A stretch of DNA of 31,674 nucleotides from an uncultured bacterium (GTDB lineage: Bacteria > Desulfobacterota > Deferrimicrobia > Deferrimicrobiales > Deferrimicrobiaceae), in the NCBI GenBank assembly GCA_964459975.1, contig CAYWOT010000001.1:1-31674 (forward strand). Reading direction: 5' to 3'. The notes under the pieces were generated by a model that did no database searches, was not told the origin of the DNA, and saw only the letters and a program-made list of their open reading frames with translations. This document shows, piece after piece, positions 9,952 to 18,021 of this stretch; position 1 is the first letter of the stretch, and the number at the start of each line of letters is the position of its first letter. Made by a program: the position numbers and the translations under genes.

Positions 9952-11304
9952 ATGAACCACTTCGCGAGAAAGCGGGGCGAGCTGACGTGCGAGGGCGTGC
10001 CCCTCCGGCGCATCGCGGAGGCGGTGGGAACCCCCGTCTACGTCTACAGCCACGCGACCCTCTCCCACCACTACCGAGTGTTCGACCGGGCGTTTTCGGG
10101 CGTGCCCCACATCGTCTGCTACTCGATGAAGGCGAATTCGAACGGATCCGTCGTCCGGTTGCTGGCAGGTCTGGGAAGCGGGGCGGACATCGTTTCCGGG
10201 GGAGAGCTCGCCCGAGCCCTGGCGGCGGGGGTGCCGGCCGGAAAGATCGTCTACTCCGGTGTCGGAAAGACGGTCCGGGAGATCGAGGAGGCCCTCCGTC
10301 GGGGGATCCTGATGTTCAACGTCGAGTCGCGTCAGGAACTGGAGACGATCGACGACGTCGCGCGGCGGATGCGGAAAAAGGCGCCCGTTTCTCTCCGCGT
10401 GAACCCCGACGTGGATCCGAAGACGCACCCTTACATTTCGACGGGCTTGAGCAGGAACAAGTTCGGCATCCCGATCGACCAGGCGGTCCGGGACTACGAG
10501 TGGGCGGCGGGGCGCCGGCACGTCGAGGTCGTCGGCGTGGACTGCCACATCGGCTCGCAGCTCACGGACCTGTCCCCCTTCGTGGACGCGGCCGGACGGA
10601 TCCGGACCCTGGTCGAAAGACTGATCCGGACGGGGTTCGACATCCGGTTCGTCGATATCGGGGGCGGGCTCGGGATCCGGTACGAAAACGAGCTTCCGCC
10701 GGATCCCCGGCAGTACGCGGATGCGGTGGAGGGCGCGTTCCGGGGCCTGCCCGTGACGATCGTGCTCGAGCCGGGACGGGTGCTCGTGGGGAACGCCGGC
10801 GTCCTCCTCACCCGCATGCTGTACACGAAACCGTCCGCGGCGGGAGGCCCGAAGGGGGGGAAGAAGCGGTTCTTCATCGTCGACGCCGCGATGAACGATC
10901 TCGCGCGCCCCTCGCTCTACGGGTCGTACCACGCGGTCGTGCCGGTCGCCGGAAACGCGTCCGGCACGGTGACCGCGGACGTGGTGGGGCCGATCTGCGA
11001 ATCCGGCGATTTCCTGGCCAAGGACCGGGAGCTTCCCGACCTCCATTCCGGGGATCTCGTCGCGGTCATGAGCGCCGGGGCATACGGGTTCTCGATGTCG
11101 TCGACGTACAACTCCCGCCCGCGGGCGGCCGAAGTGATGGTGCGCGGCTCCCGGTTCGAGGTGGTTCGGGGGCGCGAGACGCTCCGCGACCTGGTCCGCG
11201 GAGAACGCACGGCGTCGTTTCTTTCCCCGAGGGCGCCGGCGAAGCGCCCCGGCGGGCGAGGCCCGGGGTCTGTTGGAAGGCGGGGCCGCAATCTGCTACG
11301 ATAA
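9952..11304 (+). CDS. lysA: Diaminopimelate decarboxylase
   Basis: TPVYVYS, YSMKANS (PLP Lys), [47 protein letters not shown]; basic non-conserved C-terminal tail. Confidence 0.96.
   Translation: MNHFARKRGELTCEGVPLRRIAEAVGTPVYVYSHATLSHHYRVFDRAFSGVPHIVCYSMKANSNGSVVRLLAGLGSGADIVSGGELARALAAGVPAGKIVYSGVGKTVREIEEALRRGILMFNVESRQELETIDDVARRMRKKAPVSLRVNPDVDPKTHPYISTGLSRNKFGIPIDQAVRDYEWAAGRRHVEVVGVDCHIGSQLTDLSPFVDAAGRIRTLVERLIRTGFDIRFVDIGGGLGIRYENELPPDPRQYADAVEGAFRGLPVTIVLEPGRVLVGNAGVLLTRMLYTKPSAAGGPKGGKKRFFIVDAAMNDLARPSLYGSYHAVVPVAGNASGTVTADVVGPICESGDFLAKDRELPDLHSGDLVAVMSAGAYGFSMSSTYNSRPRAAEVMVRGSRFEVVRGRETLRDLVRGERTASFLSPRAPAKRPGGRGPGSVGRRGRNLLR
11273..11302 (+). promoter_or_regulatory. Candidate internal sigma70 promoter in the lysA 3' end: TTGGAA-N18-TACGAT with extended -10 TG
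   Basis: TTGGAA 11273-11278, TG 11294-11295, TACGAT 11297-11302; about 30 nt upstream of the dapF start. Confidence 0.5.
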
Positions 11305-11331
11305 CCGAACCTTTTCCACGGCGGATGCAAG

Positions 11332-12171
11332 GTGACGAAGGCAATTCCGTTTTCCAAGTTGAACGGCAGCGGAAACGACTTTCTGCTGATCGACAACCGG
11401 GACGGGGCCGTGAAGGGAATCGACCTCTCCCGGTTCGCGGCGAAGGTGTGCGACCGGTCCCGCTCGATCGGAGCGGACGGGATGATCTTCCTGGAACGCT
11501 CCCGCCGCGCGGACTTCCGGTGGAAATTCTTCAACGCGGACGGGTCCGTGGCGGAGATGTGCGGGAACGGGGGCCGCTGCGCGGCTCGGTTCGCCGCCGA
11601 GCGCGGGATCGCCGGCCGGTCGATGGCCTTCGAGACGCTGGCGGGGATCATTCACGCCGAAGTTTCCGGGCGCCGAGTGAAGCTCCAGATGACCCGGCCG
11701 CGCGACCTTGCTCTGGACCGGACGCTCACCCTCCGCGGGAAGACGATCCGGTATTCCTTCGTGGACACCGGCGTCCCGCACGCGGTGGTGTTCGTCCGCG
11801 CGCTCGAGACGGTCGACCTGCCCGGCCTGGGGCGGGGGATCCGGAGGCATCGCGCCTTCGCGCCGCGGGGGACCAACGTCGATTTTGCCCAGGCGCGCGG
11901 CGGCACGGTCTGGATGCGCACCTATGAGCGGGGCGTGGAAGGGGAAACGCTCGCCTGCGGCACGGGAGCGGTGGCCTGCGGGATCGTCTGCGCGGCACGG
12001 GGCCTCGTCCGATCGCCGGTGACCGTGCGTACGCGGGGAGGGGACTTAGTCGTTCATTTCGATCCCGGCGGGGAGGGGGTCGGCGACGTTTGCCTGGAGG
12101 GCGACACCCTGTGGTCGTGCGACGGGGTGATCGGCGAGGAAGCGTACCGCTACGAAACGGGGAGGCGATGA
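11332..12171 (+). CDS. dapF: Diaminopimelate epimerase
   Basis: GTG start; GSGNDF, both catalytic Cys motifs (EMCGNG and TLACGTG), GVPH, GTNVDF, RTYERGVEGET. Confidence 0.96.
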   Translation: MTKAIPFSKLNGSGNDFLLIDNRDGAVKGIDLSRFAAKVCDRSRSIGADGMIFLERSRRADFRWKFFNADGSVAEMCGNGGRCAARFAAERGIAGRSMAFETLAGIIHAEVSGRRVKLQMTRPRDLALDRTLTLRGKTIRYSFVDTGVPHAVVFVRALETVDLPGLGRGIRRHRAFAPRGTNVDFAQARGGTVWMRTYERGVEGETLACGTGAVACGIVCAARGLVRSPVTVRTRGGDLVVHFDPGGEGVGDVCLEGDTLWSCDGVIGEEAYRYETGRR

Positions 12172-13043
12172 TGTTCCATGGCGCGATGGTCGCGACGGTA
12201 ACGCCGTTCCGGAACGGGAAGCTGGACGGAAACGCGCTGAAACGGCTCGTGAGGTTCCAGATCGAGAGCGGAACGGACGGCATCGTTCCGTGCGGAACGA
12301 CGGGGGAGTCGGCCACGCTGTCCTTCGAGGAGCACGAACGGGTCATCGACCTGGTGCTCGAAACCGCCGACGGCCGCGTGCCCGTGATCGCGGGCACCGG
12401 CTCGAACAACACCAAGGAGGCGATCGTCCTGACCCGGTACGCGAAGAAGGCCGGGGCGAACGCGGCGCTCGTCATTACGCCGTACTACAACAAGCCGACG
12501 CAGGAGGGGCTCGTCCGGCACTTCCTCGCCATCGCGGAGTCGACCGATCTCCCGCTCGTGGTCTACAACGTGCCGGGGAGGACCGGCGTGAACATGACCG
12601 CGGCCACGGTGGCCCGGCTGGCCGAGATCCCGACGATCGTCGGCGTGAAGGAGGCGTCCGGCAATCTGAGCCAGGTGTGCGACATCATCCGGGCCACGGG
12701 CCGGAAGTTCTGCGTTCTGTCCGGCGACGACGCGCTGTTCTTCCCGATGATGGCGCTGGGCGCGAAGGGCGTGATCTCGGTGGCGTCGAACGTCGCTCCC
12801 CGGCTGATGGCGGAATTGTACGACACCTACGTCATCGGCGAGATCTCCCGCGCGCGCGACATCCATTACCAGCTGTGGCCGCTGTTCCACGCGCTGTTCG
12901 TGGAGACCAACCCCATTCCCGTAAAGACGGCGCTGGCCATGATGGGGAGCGTCCGCGAGGAGTTCCGCCTTCCCCTCTGTCCGATGGGGGAGGCGAACCG
13001 GAAGCTGCTCGCCGGGGTCCTCTCCGAGATGAAGCTTACGTGA
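12168..13043 (+). CDS. dapA: 4-hydroxy-tetrahydrodipicolinate synthase
   Basis: ATG overlaps the dapF stop, RBS GGGAGG. TPF, GTTGES, TPYYNKP, YNVPGRTG, GVKEAS (Schiff-base Lys), SGDD, ETNPIPVK. Confidence 0.96.
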   Translation: MMFHGAMVATVTPFRNGKLDGNALKRLVRFQIESGTDGIVPCGTTGESATLSFEEHERVIDLVLETADGRVPVIAGTGSNNTKEAIVLTRYAKKAGANAALVITPYYNKPTQEGLVRHFLAIAESTDLPLVVYNVPGRTGVNMTAATVARLAEIPTIVGVKEASGNLSQVCDIIRATGRKFCVLSGDDALFFPMMALGAKGVISVASNVAPRLMAELYDTYVIGEISRARDIHYQLWPLFHALFVETNPIPVKTALAMMGSVREEFRLPLCPMGEANRKLLAGVLSEMKLT

Positions 13044-13063
13044 GCGCGGCGGGCGGACGAACG

Positions 13064-13867
13064 ATGGCGAACGTCGCCGTCTGCGGGGCGATGGGACGCA
13101 TGGGCCGGGCGGTGCTCGGCGTTCTCCGGGAACGTCCCTACGGGCTGGTCCTCTCCGCGGCGGTGGAGACGCCGGGCCATCCGCTCCTGGGCCGCGACGC
13201 CTTCGAGGCGATCGGAGAGGGAACGGCGGGGGTCGCCGTGACGGCGGATTTCCCGGCGGCGGTCGAGGCGGCCGACGTCGCGATCGATTTCACCGACGGC
13301 GCGTCCTCCGTGCGGCACGCCGCGGCCGCGGCCGCGGCGGGGAAGCCGATCGTCATCGGGAGCACCGGGCTCACCGGGGAACAGGCGGCGGAGATCCGTC
13401 GCGCGACCGCCGCGATCGCCTGCGTGATGTCCCCCAACATGAGCGTGGGGGTGAACGTGATGTTCCGGACGGCCGCCGAGGTCGCCCGCGTGCTCGGGGA
13501 CGAGTACGACGTCGAGATCGTGGAGACCCATCATCGCTTCAAGAAGGACGCGCCCTCGGGAACGGCCGTGGCGCTCGCCGAGGGGGTGGCCAAGGCCCTG
13601 GGCCGGGAATGGAAGGACGTTGCCGTCTACGGAAGGCACGGGACGTCCGGAGGACGAGGGGGCAAGGAGATCGGCGTCTTCGCGGTCCGGGCGGGCGACG
13701 TGGTCGGCGAACACACCATCGTGTTCGGCGGCATCGGGGAACGGTTCGAGATTACGCACCGGGCGCACGGCCGGGACACCTTCGCGCGGGGCGCGGCGCG
13801 GGCCGCCTCGTGGGTGCTCGGGAAGCCGGCCGGTCTCTATGACATGCGTGCGGTATTGGGGGTGTAG
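13064..13867 (+). CDS. dapB: 4-hydroxy-tetrahydrodipicolinate reductase
   Basis: GAMGRMG nucleotide-binding motif, IDFT, IGSTG, PNMSVGVN, ETHHRFKKDAPSGT, RAGDVVGEH. Alternative GTG start at 13040. Confidence 0.95.
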   Translation: MANVAVCGAMGRMGRAVLGVLRERPYGLVLSAAVETPGHPLLGRDAFEAIGEGTAGVAVTADFPAAVEAADVAIDFTDGASSVRHAAAAAAAGKPIVIGSTGLTGEQAAEIRRATAAIACVMSPNMSVGVNVMFRTAAEVARVLGDEYDVEIVETHHRFKKDAPSGTAVALAEGVAKALGREWKDVAVYGRHGTSGGRGGKEIGVFAVRAGDVVGEHTIVFGGIGERFEITHRAHGRDTFARGAARAASWVLGKPAGLYDMRAVLGV

Positions 13868-13871
13868 GGCG

Positions 13872-14636
13872 ATGAAGATAGCCCGGTTCGAATTCGGAGG
13901 GCGGGTCGCGTACGGCGTCGTGGACCCGGAAACGGGCGAGATCCGGGAACTCGACGGGGCGCCGTTCGACGGGATCCGCGCGACGGAGCGGAAACGGGCG
14001 CTGTCCGAGGTGCGCCTCCTGGCTCCCGTCGTCCCCTCCAAGATCGTCGCCATCGGGTTGATCTACAGGGACCACGCGCGGGAGATGCGCATGCAGGTCC
14101 CGGCCGAGCCGCAGATCTTCCTCAAGGCGCCCTCCGCACTCAACCGTCCGGACGGAGAGGTGGTGTACCCGCGTGCCTCGCACCGGGTGGACTACGAGGC
14201 GGAGCTGGCCGTCGTCATCGGGAAGAGGGCGAAGGACGTCAAGGCACAGGAGGCGCGGTCCGTGATTCTGGGGTACACCTGCTTCAACGACGTGACGGCA
14301 CGCGATCTTCAGGCGAAGGACGTGCAGTACGACCGGTCCAAGGGCTTCGACACGTTCGCCCCGCTGGGCCCCTGGATCGAGACGGACCTCGACCCGTCCG
14401 CGCTGGCGATCCGATGTCTGGTGAACGGCCAGGTGAAGCAGGACAGCAATACCCGCGAGATGAACGCATCGGTTTTTGCGCTGGTGGAATATATTTCGCA
14501 CATCATGACCCTGTTCCCCGGAGACGTCATCGCGACCGGCACGCCGCCGGGCGTCGGCCCCGTGCAGCCGGGCGACGTCGTGACCGTCGAGGTCGAGGGG
14601 ATCGGGGCGCTCACCAACCGCATCGTGTCGGCGTAG
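13872..14636 (+). CDS. Fumarylacetoacetate hydrolase (FAH) superfamily protein with N-terminal DUF2437/Rv2993c-like extension
   Basis: PSKIVAIGL, FLKAPS, VDYEAEL (metal ExE), GYTCFNDVTARD, KGFDTFAPLGP, PGDVIATGTPPGV. Confidence 0.92.
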   Translation: MKIARFEFGGRVAYGVVDPETGEIRELDGAPFDGIRATERKRALSEVRLLAPVVPSKIVAIGLIYRDHAREMRMQVPAEPQIFLKAPSALNRPDGEVVYPRASHRVDYEAELAVVIGKRAKDVKAQEARSVILGYTCFNDVTARDLQAKDVQYDRSKGFDTFAPLGPWIETDLDPSALAIRCLVNGQVKQDSNTREMNASVFALVEYISHIMTLFPGDVIATGTPPGVGPVQPGDVVTVEVEGIGALTNRIVSA

Positions 14637-14667
14637 GCCGGCAAACTTCCCTGGAGATCGTGACGCG

Positions 14668-15834
14668 ATGATCCGCTTTCCGCTTTCCGCCCGGATCCGG
14701 GCCCTCCCCCCGTACCTCTTCTCCGAGCTCGACCGGATGAAGCACGAGGCAACGGCCCGCGGGGTCGACATCATCGACCTGGGGGTCGGCGACCCGGACC
14801 ACCCCACTCCGAAGTTCATCGTGGACCGGCTGAAACGCGAGGCATCGCTCGCGCCGAACCACCGCTACCCGAGCTACGAAGGACTCCCGGAGTTCCGGAC
14901 GGCCGCGGCGCAATGGTGCCGGCGCCGGTTCGGCGTTTCCCTGGACCCCGCCTCGGAGGTCGTGGCGCTCATCGGATCGAAGGAGGGAATCGCCCATTTC
15001 CCGCTTGCGTTCGTGAATCCCGGGGACGTCGTGCTGGTGCCGGATCCCGGATATCCCGTCTATCACATCGCCACGCTCTTCAGCGGAGGGCGGTCGCATT
15101 TTCTGCCGCTCCTCCGGGAGAACGGGTTTCTCCCCGACTTCGGGAAAGTGCCGGGCTCCGTGCTCGCAAAGGCCCGCATCCTGTTCCTCAACTATCCGAA
15201 CAATCCCACGTCCGCTTCCGCCGGCCGCGCCTTCTTCCGCAAGGCGCTGGACTTCGCCGAGGAGCACGACCTGATCGTCGCGCACGACGCCGCGTACACG
15301 GAGATCTATTTCGACGGGGAGCGGCCCGGAAGCATCCTCGAGCTCCCCGGCGCCGGGAAGCGGTGCATCGAGTTCCACTCCCTGTCCAAGACGTACAACA
15401 TGACGGGCTGGCGGGTGGGGTTCGCGGTCGGAAACGCGGAGCTCGTGGCGGGCATCGGGAAGGTCAAGACGAACGTGGACAGCGGCGTGTTCCAGGCGGT
15501 CCAGGGCGCGGGCATCGCCGCGCTGCAAAGCGCCGACGACGTCACGGACCGCATCCGGAGGACGTACCAGCAGCGGCGGGACGTCCTGATTCCGGGGCTC
15601 CGGAAGCTCGGTCTGGACCCCGTTTTCCCCCGTGCCACCTTCTACGTGTGGATCCCCGTTCCGAAGGGGTACACGTCGGTCTCGTTCTGCAGGCACCTTC
15701 TTACGAACGCCGGCATCGTCACGACTCCGGGCAGCGGGTTCGGGAGCAGCGGAGAAGGATTCATCCGGATCGCCCTGACCAAGGAACGGGCGCAGATCCG
15801 GGAGGCCCTGTCGCGCATGGCGAAGGCGGGCTAG
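14668..15834 (+). CDS. dapL: LL-diaminopimelate aminotransferase (class I PLP, DapL2-like)
   Basis: LGVGDPD, HRYP, GSKEG, PDPGYPVY, NYPNNPT, HDAAY, SLSKTYNMTGWR (PLP Lys), KTNVDSG, TPGSGFG..GEGFIR. Completes a dapA-dapB-X-dapF-lysA route with no dapD/C/E or dapH/ddh in the cluster. Class I aminotransferase is certain; the DapL call relies on context. Confidence 0.75.
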   Translation: MIRFPLSARIRALPPYLFSELDRMKHEATARGVDIIDLGVGDPDHPTPKFIVDRLKREASLAPNHRYPSYEGLPEFRTAAAQWCRRRFGVSLDPASEVVALIGSKEGIAHFPLAFVNPGDVVLVPDPGYPVYHIATLFSGGRSHFLPLLRENGFLPDFGKVPGSVLAKARILFLNYPNNPTSASAGRAFFRKALDFAEEHDLIVAHDAAYTEIYFDGERPGSILELPGAGKRCIEFHSLSKTYNMTGWRVGFAVGNAELVAGIGKVKTNVDSGVFQAVQGAGIAALQSADDVTDRIRRTYQQRRDVLIPGLRKLGLDPVFPRATFYVWIPVPKGYTSVSFCRHLLTNAGIVTTPGSGFGSSGEGFIRIALTKERAQIREALSRMAKAG

Positions 15835-15866
15835 GGCGTCGGCCGCGCGCCCGGGGAGGAGTCCGG

Positions 15867-16346
15867 TTGGCGGACGAAGTGGTCCTGCTTCTCGGCAGCA
15901 ATACCGGGCGGCGGGTGCGCCGCCTCCGGGGCGGGATCGATGCGCTCTCCGGTGCCGTTCGGATCGGGAACGTGTCGCGGATCTACGTGGCCGAACCGAG
16001 CGGAAGGGCCGACCAGCCGTGGTTTCTGAACATGGCGCTCCGGGGTGAGACCGACCTGTCGCCGGACGCCCTGCTTCGGGTCGTCAAGCAGGTCGAGCGG
16101 GACGCGGGCCGAAAGGCGGCGGTGCGCTTCGGGCCCCGGGCGCTCGACGTCGACATCATCCTGATGGGGGACCGCGTGGTCCGGAAGCCTCACCTGCAGA
16201 TTCCGCATCCGAGGATGGCGGAGCGTCGTTTCTGCCTCGTGCCCGTTGCCGAGATCGCGGCCGAGGTCCGCGTTCCGCCGGGGAATGCGACGGTCGCGGA
16301 CCTTCTTCGGAACTGCCGCGATCCGCTCGAGGTGACGTTGCCATGA
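15867..16346 (+). CDS. folK: 2-amino-4-hydroxy-6-hydroxymethyldihydropteridine diphosphokinase (HPPK)
   Basis: TTG start after GGAGGAG. LLLGSN, QPWFLNMA, KQVERDAGR, RFGPRALDVDII, LQIPHPRMAERRF. Confidence 0.92.
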   Translation: MADEVVLLLGSNTGRRVRRLRGGIDALSGAVRIGNVSRIYVAEPSGRADQPWFLNMALRGETDLSPDALLRVVKQVERDAGRKAAVRFGPRALDVDIILMGDRVVRKPHLQIPHPRMAERRFCLVPVAEIAAEVRVPPGNATVADLLRNCRDPLEVTLP

Positions 16347-16906
16347 ACGGGAACCGGTTTCGGACCCTTGCCGTCGCGGCGGTTGCGCTCATCCTGGTTC
16401 TTTCGGGCGGCTGCCGAAAACGGGAGGCCGCGCGCCCGCCCGCGGGCGAAGCGGTCAACCTGAGCGACGTCGGCGCCATCGAGAACTATAAGGAAATCCT
16501 GCGAAGGGATCCGAACAACCTCCAGGCGCTGATCAACATCGGAAACCTCTATTTCGACACCGGCCAGGACCGGCTGGCCATCGAACAGTACCGACGCGCG
16601 CTCTCCCTCGACCCTCGCAACGTCAACGTCCGGACGGACATGGCCATCTGTTACCGGAGGACGGGGGACCCCGACAAGGCGATCGATGAGTTGAAGAAGG
16701 GGATCTCGATCGACCCGAAGCATCCCCAGGCCCGGTACAACCTCGGGGTCATTCTGATCCACGACAAACACGACATCGAAGGAGGGATCCGGGCGTGGGA
16801 AGGCCTTCTGGAGAACGTTCCGAACTACCCCTACCGCGATGCGTTGAAAGAGGAGATCGCGAAGCTGCGGGCGACGGTCGACTCCATGAAACCGAAGGCG
16901 AAGTAG
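16343..16906 (+). CDS. Tetratricopeptide-repeat lipoprotein (resembles CcmH/CycH-type TPR modules)
   Basis: ATG overlaps the folK stop. Signal peptide ending LSGG-C; about three TPR units with DP turns (RDPNN, LDPRN, IDPKH) and LGNLY/LGVIL-type helices. Confidence 0.85.
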   Translation: MNGNRFRTLAVAAVALILVLSGGCRKREAARPPAGEAVNLSDVGAIENYKEILRRDPNNLQALINIGNLYFDTGQDRLAIEQYRRALSLDPRNVNVRTDMAICYRRTGDPDKAIDELKKGISIDPKHPQARYNLGVILIHDKHDIEGGIRAWEGLLENVPNYPYRDALKEEIAKLRATVDSMKPKAK

Positions 16907-16914
16907 AACGATTT

Positions 16915-16929
16915 TGTTTTCCGAAAACA
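16915..16929. promoter_or_regulatory. Perfect 7-1-7 palindrome TGTTTTC-C-GAAAACA, candidate transcription factor site
   Basis: Read directly; in an AT-rich intergenic region about 190 bp upstream of the IclR gene. Confidence 0.4.
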
Positions 16930-16958
16930 TTCCGGAAGACAAGGATAAATGCCTTTCC

Positions 16959-16991
16959 AGGTTTGCGGGGGGCGCCACCGCCGCAGCCTTT
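16959..16991 (+). terminator. Possible intrinsic terminator for the upstream housekeeping operon
   Basis: Imperfect GC-rich stem (AGGTT.GCGG...CCGCAGCCT) with only a short T tract (TTT). Confidence 0.3.
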
Positions 16992-17013
16992 CCGCCGTTC
17001 CGGCCCGAAATAG

Positions 17014-17062
17014 AAAATAGTTATATTTTTCTGTTGACACATCCGGGATCAAGGAATAAAGA
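17014..17062 (+). promoter_or_regulatory. Candidate sigma70 promoter of the IclR gene: AT-rich UP-like palindrome AAAATA-GTTA-TATTTT, perfect TTGACA, weak -10 (TAAAGA)
   Basis: Palindrome 17014-17029, TTGACA 17034-17039, TAAAGA 17057-17062 at 17-bp spacing. Confidence 0.55.
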
Positions 17063-17117
17063 AATACATGGAACGTTGTTTTGTTATCCTGCCTTTCATT
17101 CTGGACATGGGGGTCCC

Positions 17118-17897
17118 ATGGTACGACGCGACAAGTCCAATTACATCATCCAGTCCGTTTCCCACGCCCTCGACGTGCTCGAGGAGTTTCGCGGCGACGT
17201 GGACGAACTGGGGGTGACCGAGCTCAGCAAAAAGCTGAAGCTGCACAAGAACAACGTGTTCCGAATCCTGGCGACGCTGCAGTCGCGCAATTATATCGAG
17301 CAGAACAAGGCGAACGAGAACTACCGGCTCGGGCTCAAGTGCCTGGAACTGGGGCAGACGTTCATCCGCCAGAGGGGAATGCTCAAGCAGGGCAAACCGA
17401 TCCTCCGGGCGCTCGCCCTGCACACGGGGGAGACGAGCTACATCTCGATCCTGCGCGGCGATGAAGTCGTCTACATCGATTCGGTCGAGCCGGAGACGAC
17501 GGTCCGCGTGGTTTCGCGTCTCGGGCTCAACATGCCGGCGCATGCCACGGCCGCGGGGAAGGCGCTTGTCGCCTTCGACTCGGAGGAAGACCTTCGGAAG
17601 AAGTTCCGGGCGGAGCTGCAGGGGTTTACGGCCTCCACCATCCGGGACCTGGAGAGTCTGTTGCGGGACCTCCGCGCGGTGCAGGAAAAGGGATTCGCGA
17701 CCGACATGGAGGAGTTCGAAGAGGGGCTGCGCTGTATCGCCGCCCCCATCCGCGACTATACGAGGAAAGTGATCGGGGCCTTGAGCATCTCGGGCCCCGC
17801 GAACCGCCTCACGGAACAAAAGATCGAGACCCACTACGGTCCCGAGGTCGTGCGGTCGGCGACGGACCTTTCCGCGCGCCTCGGCTTCCGCGAGTAG
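17118..17897 (+). CDS. IclR family transcriptional regulator
   Basis: IQSVSHALDVLE, wHTH LGVTELSKKLKLHKNNVFRILATL, YRLGLKCLELG, HATAAGKAL, EEFEEGLRCIAAPI, ALSISGP. Start at ATG 17118; the ORF track start at 16914 runs through intergenic DNA. Confidence 0.93.
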   Translation: MVRRDKSNYIIQSVSHALDVLEEFRGDVDELGVTELSKKLKLHKNNVFRILATLQSRNYIEQNKANENYRLGLKCLELGQTFIRQRGMLKQGKPILRALALHTGETSYISILRGDEVVYIDSVEPETTVRVVSRLGLNMPAHATAAGKALVAFDSEEDLRKKFRAELQGFTASTIRDLESLLRDLRAVQEKGFATDMEEFEEGLRCIAAPIRDYTRKVIGALSISGPANRLTEQKIETHYGPEVVRSATDLSARLGFRE

Positions 17898-17955
17898 GTT
17901 CCGGCCGGTACGCGCCTTCCGCCACGGATTCGCTTTCGCCCTGGGCCCGGCCCCC

Positions 17956-17985
17956 TTGACACTTCCCCGCGCCCGATGGTACTCA
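17956..17985 (+). promoter_or_regulatory. Candidate sigma70 promoter of fadR-acyl-CoA dehydrogenase: TTGACA-N18-TACTCA with extended TG
   Basis: TTGACA 17956-17961, TG 17977-17978, TACTCA 17980-17985. Confidence 0.6.
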
Positions 17986-17989
17986 GTTT

Positions 17990-18009
17990 ATGAATGAAGA
18001 TTCATTTTC
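17990..18009. promoter_or_regulatory. FadR(YsiA)-type operator ATGAATGAAGATTCATTTTC
   Basis: Matches 15 of 18 specified positions of the B. subtilis FadR box as I recall it (WTGAATGAMTANTCATTCAN). Covers the expected TSS of a TetR gene whose recognition helix matches YsiA. Confidence 0.75.
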
Positions 18010-18021
18010 GAGGGGGCGTCT

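Noticed and set aside
1237-11319. CTTTTCCAC shortly after the TAA of both trmFO and lysA
   Set aside because: Two copies of a 9-mer with different spacing; no shared structure beyond lying near putative internal promoters.
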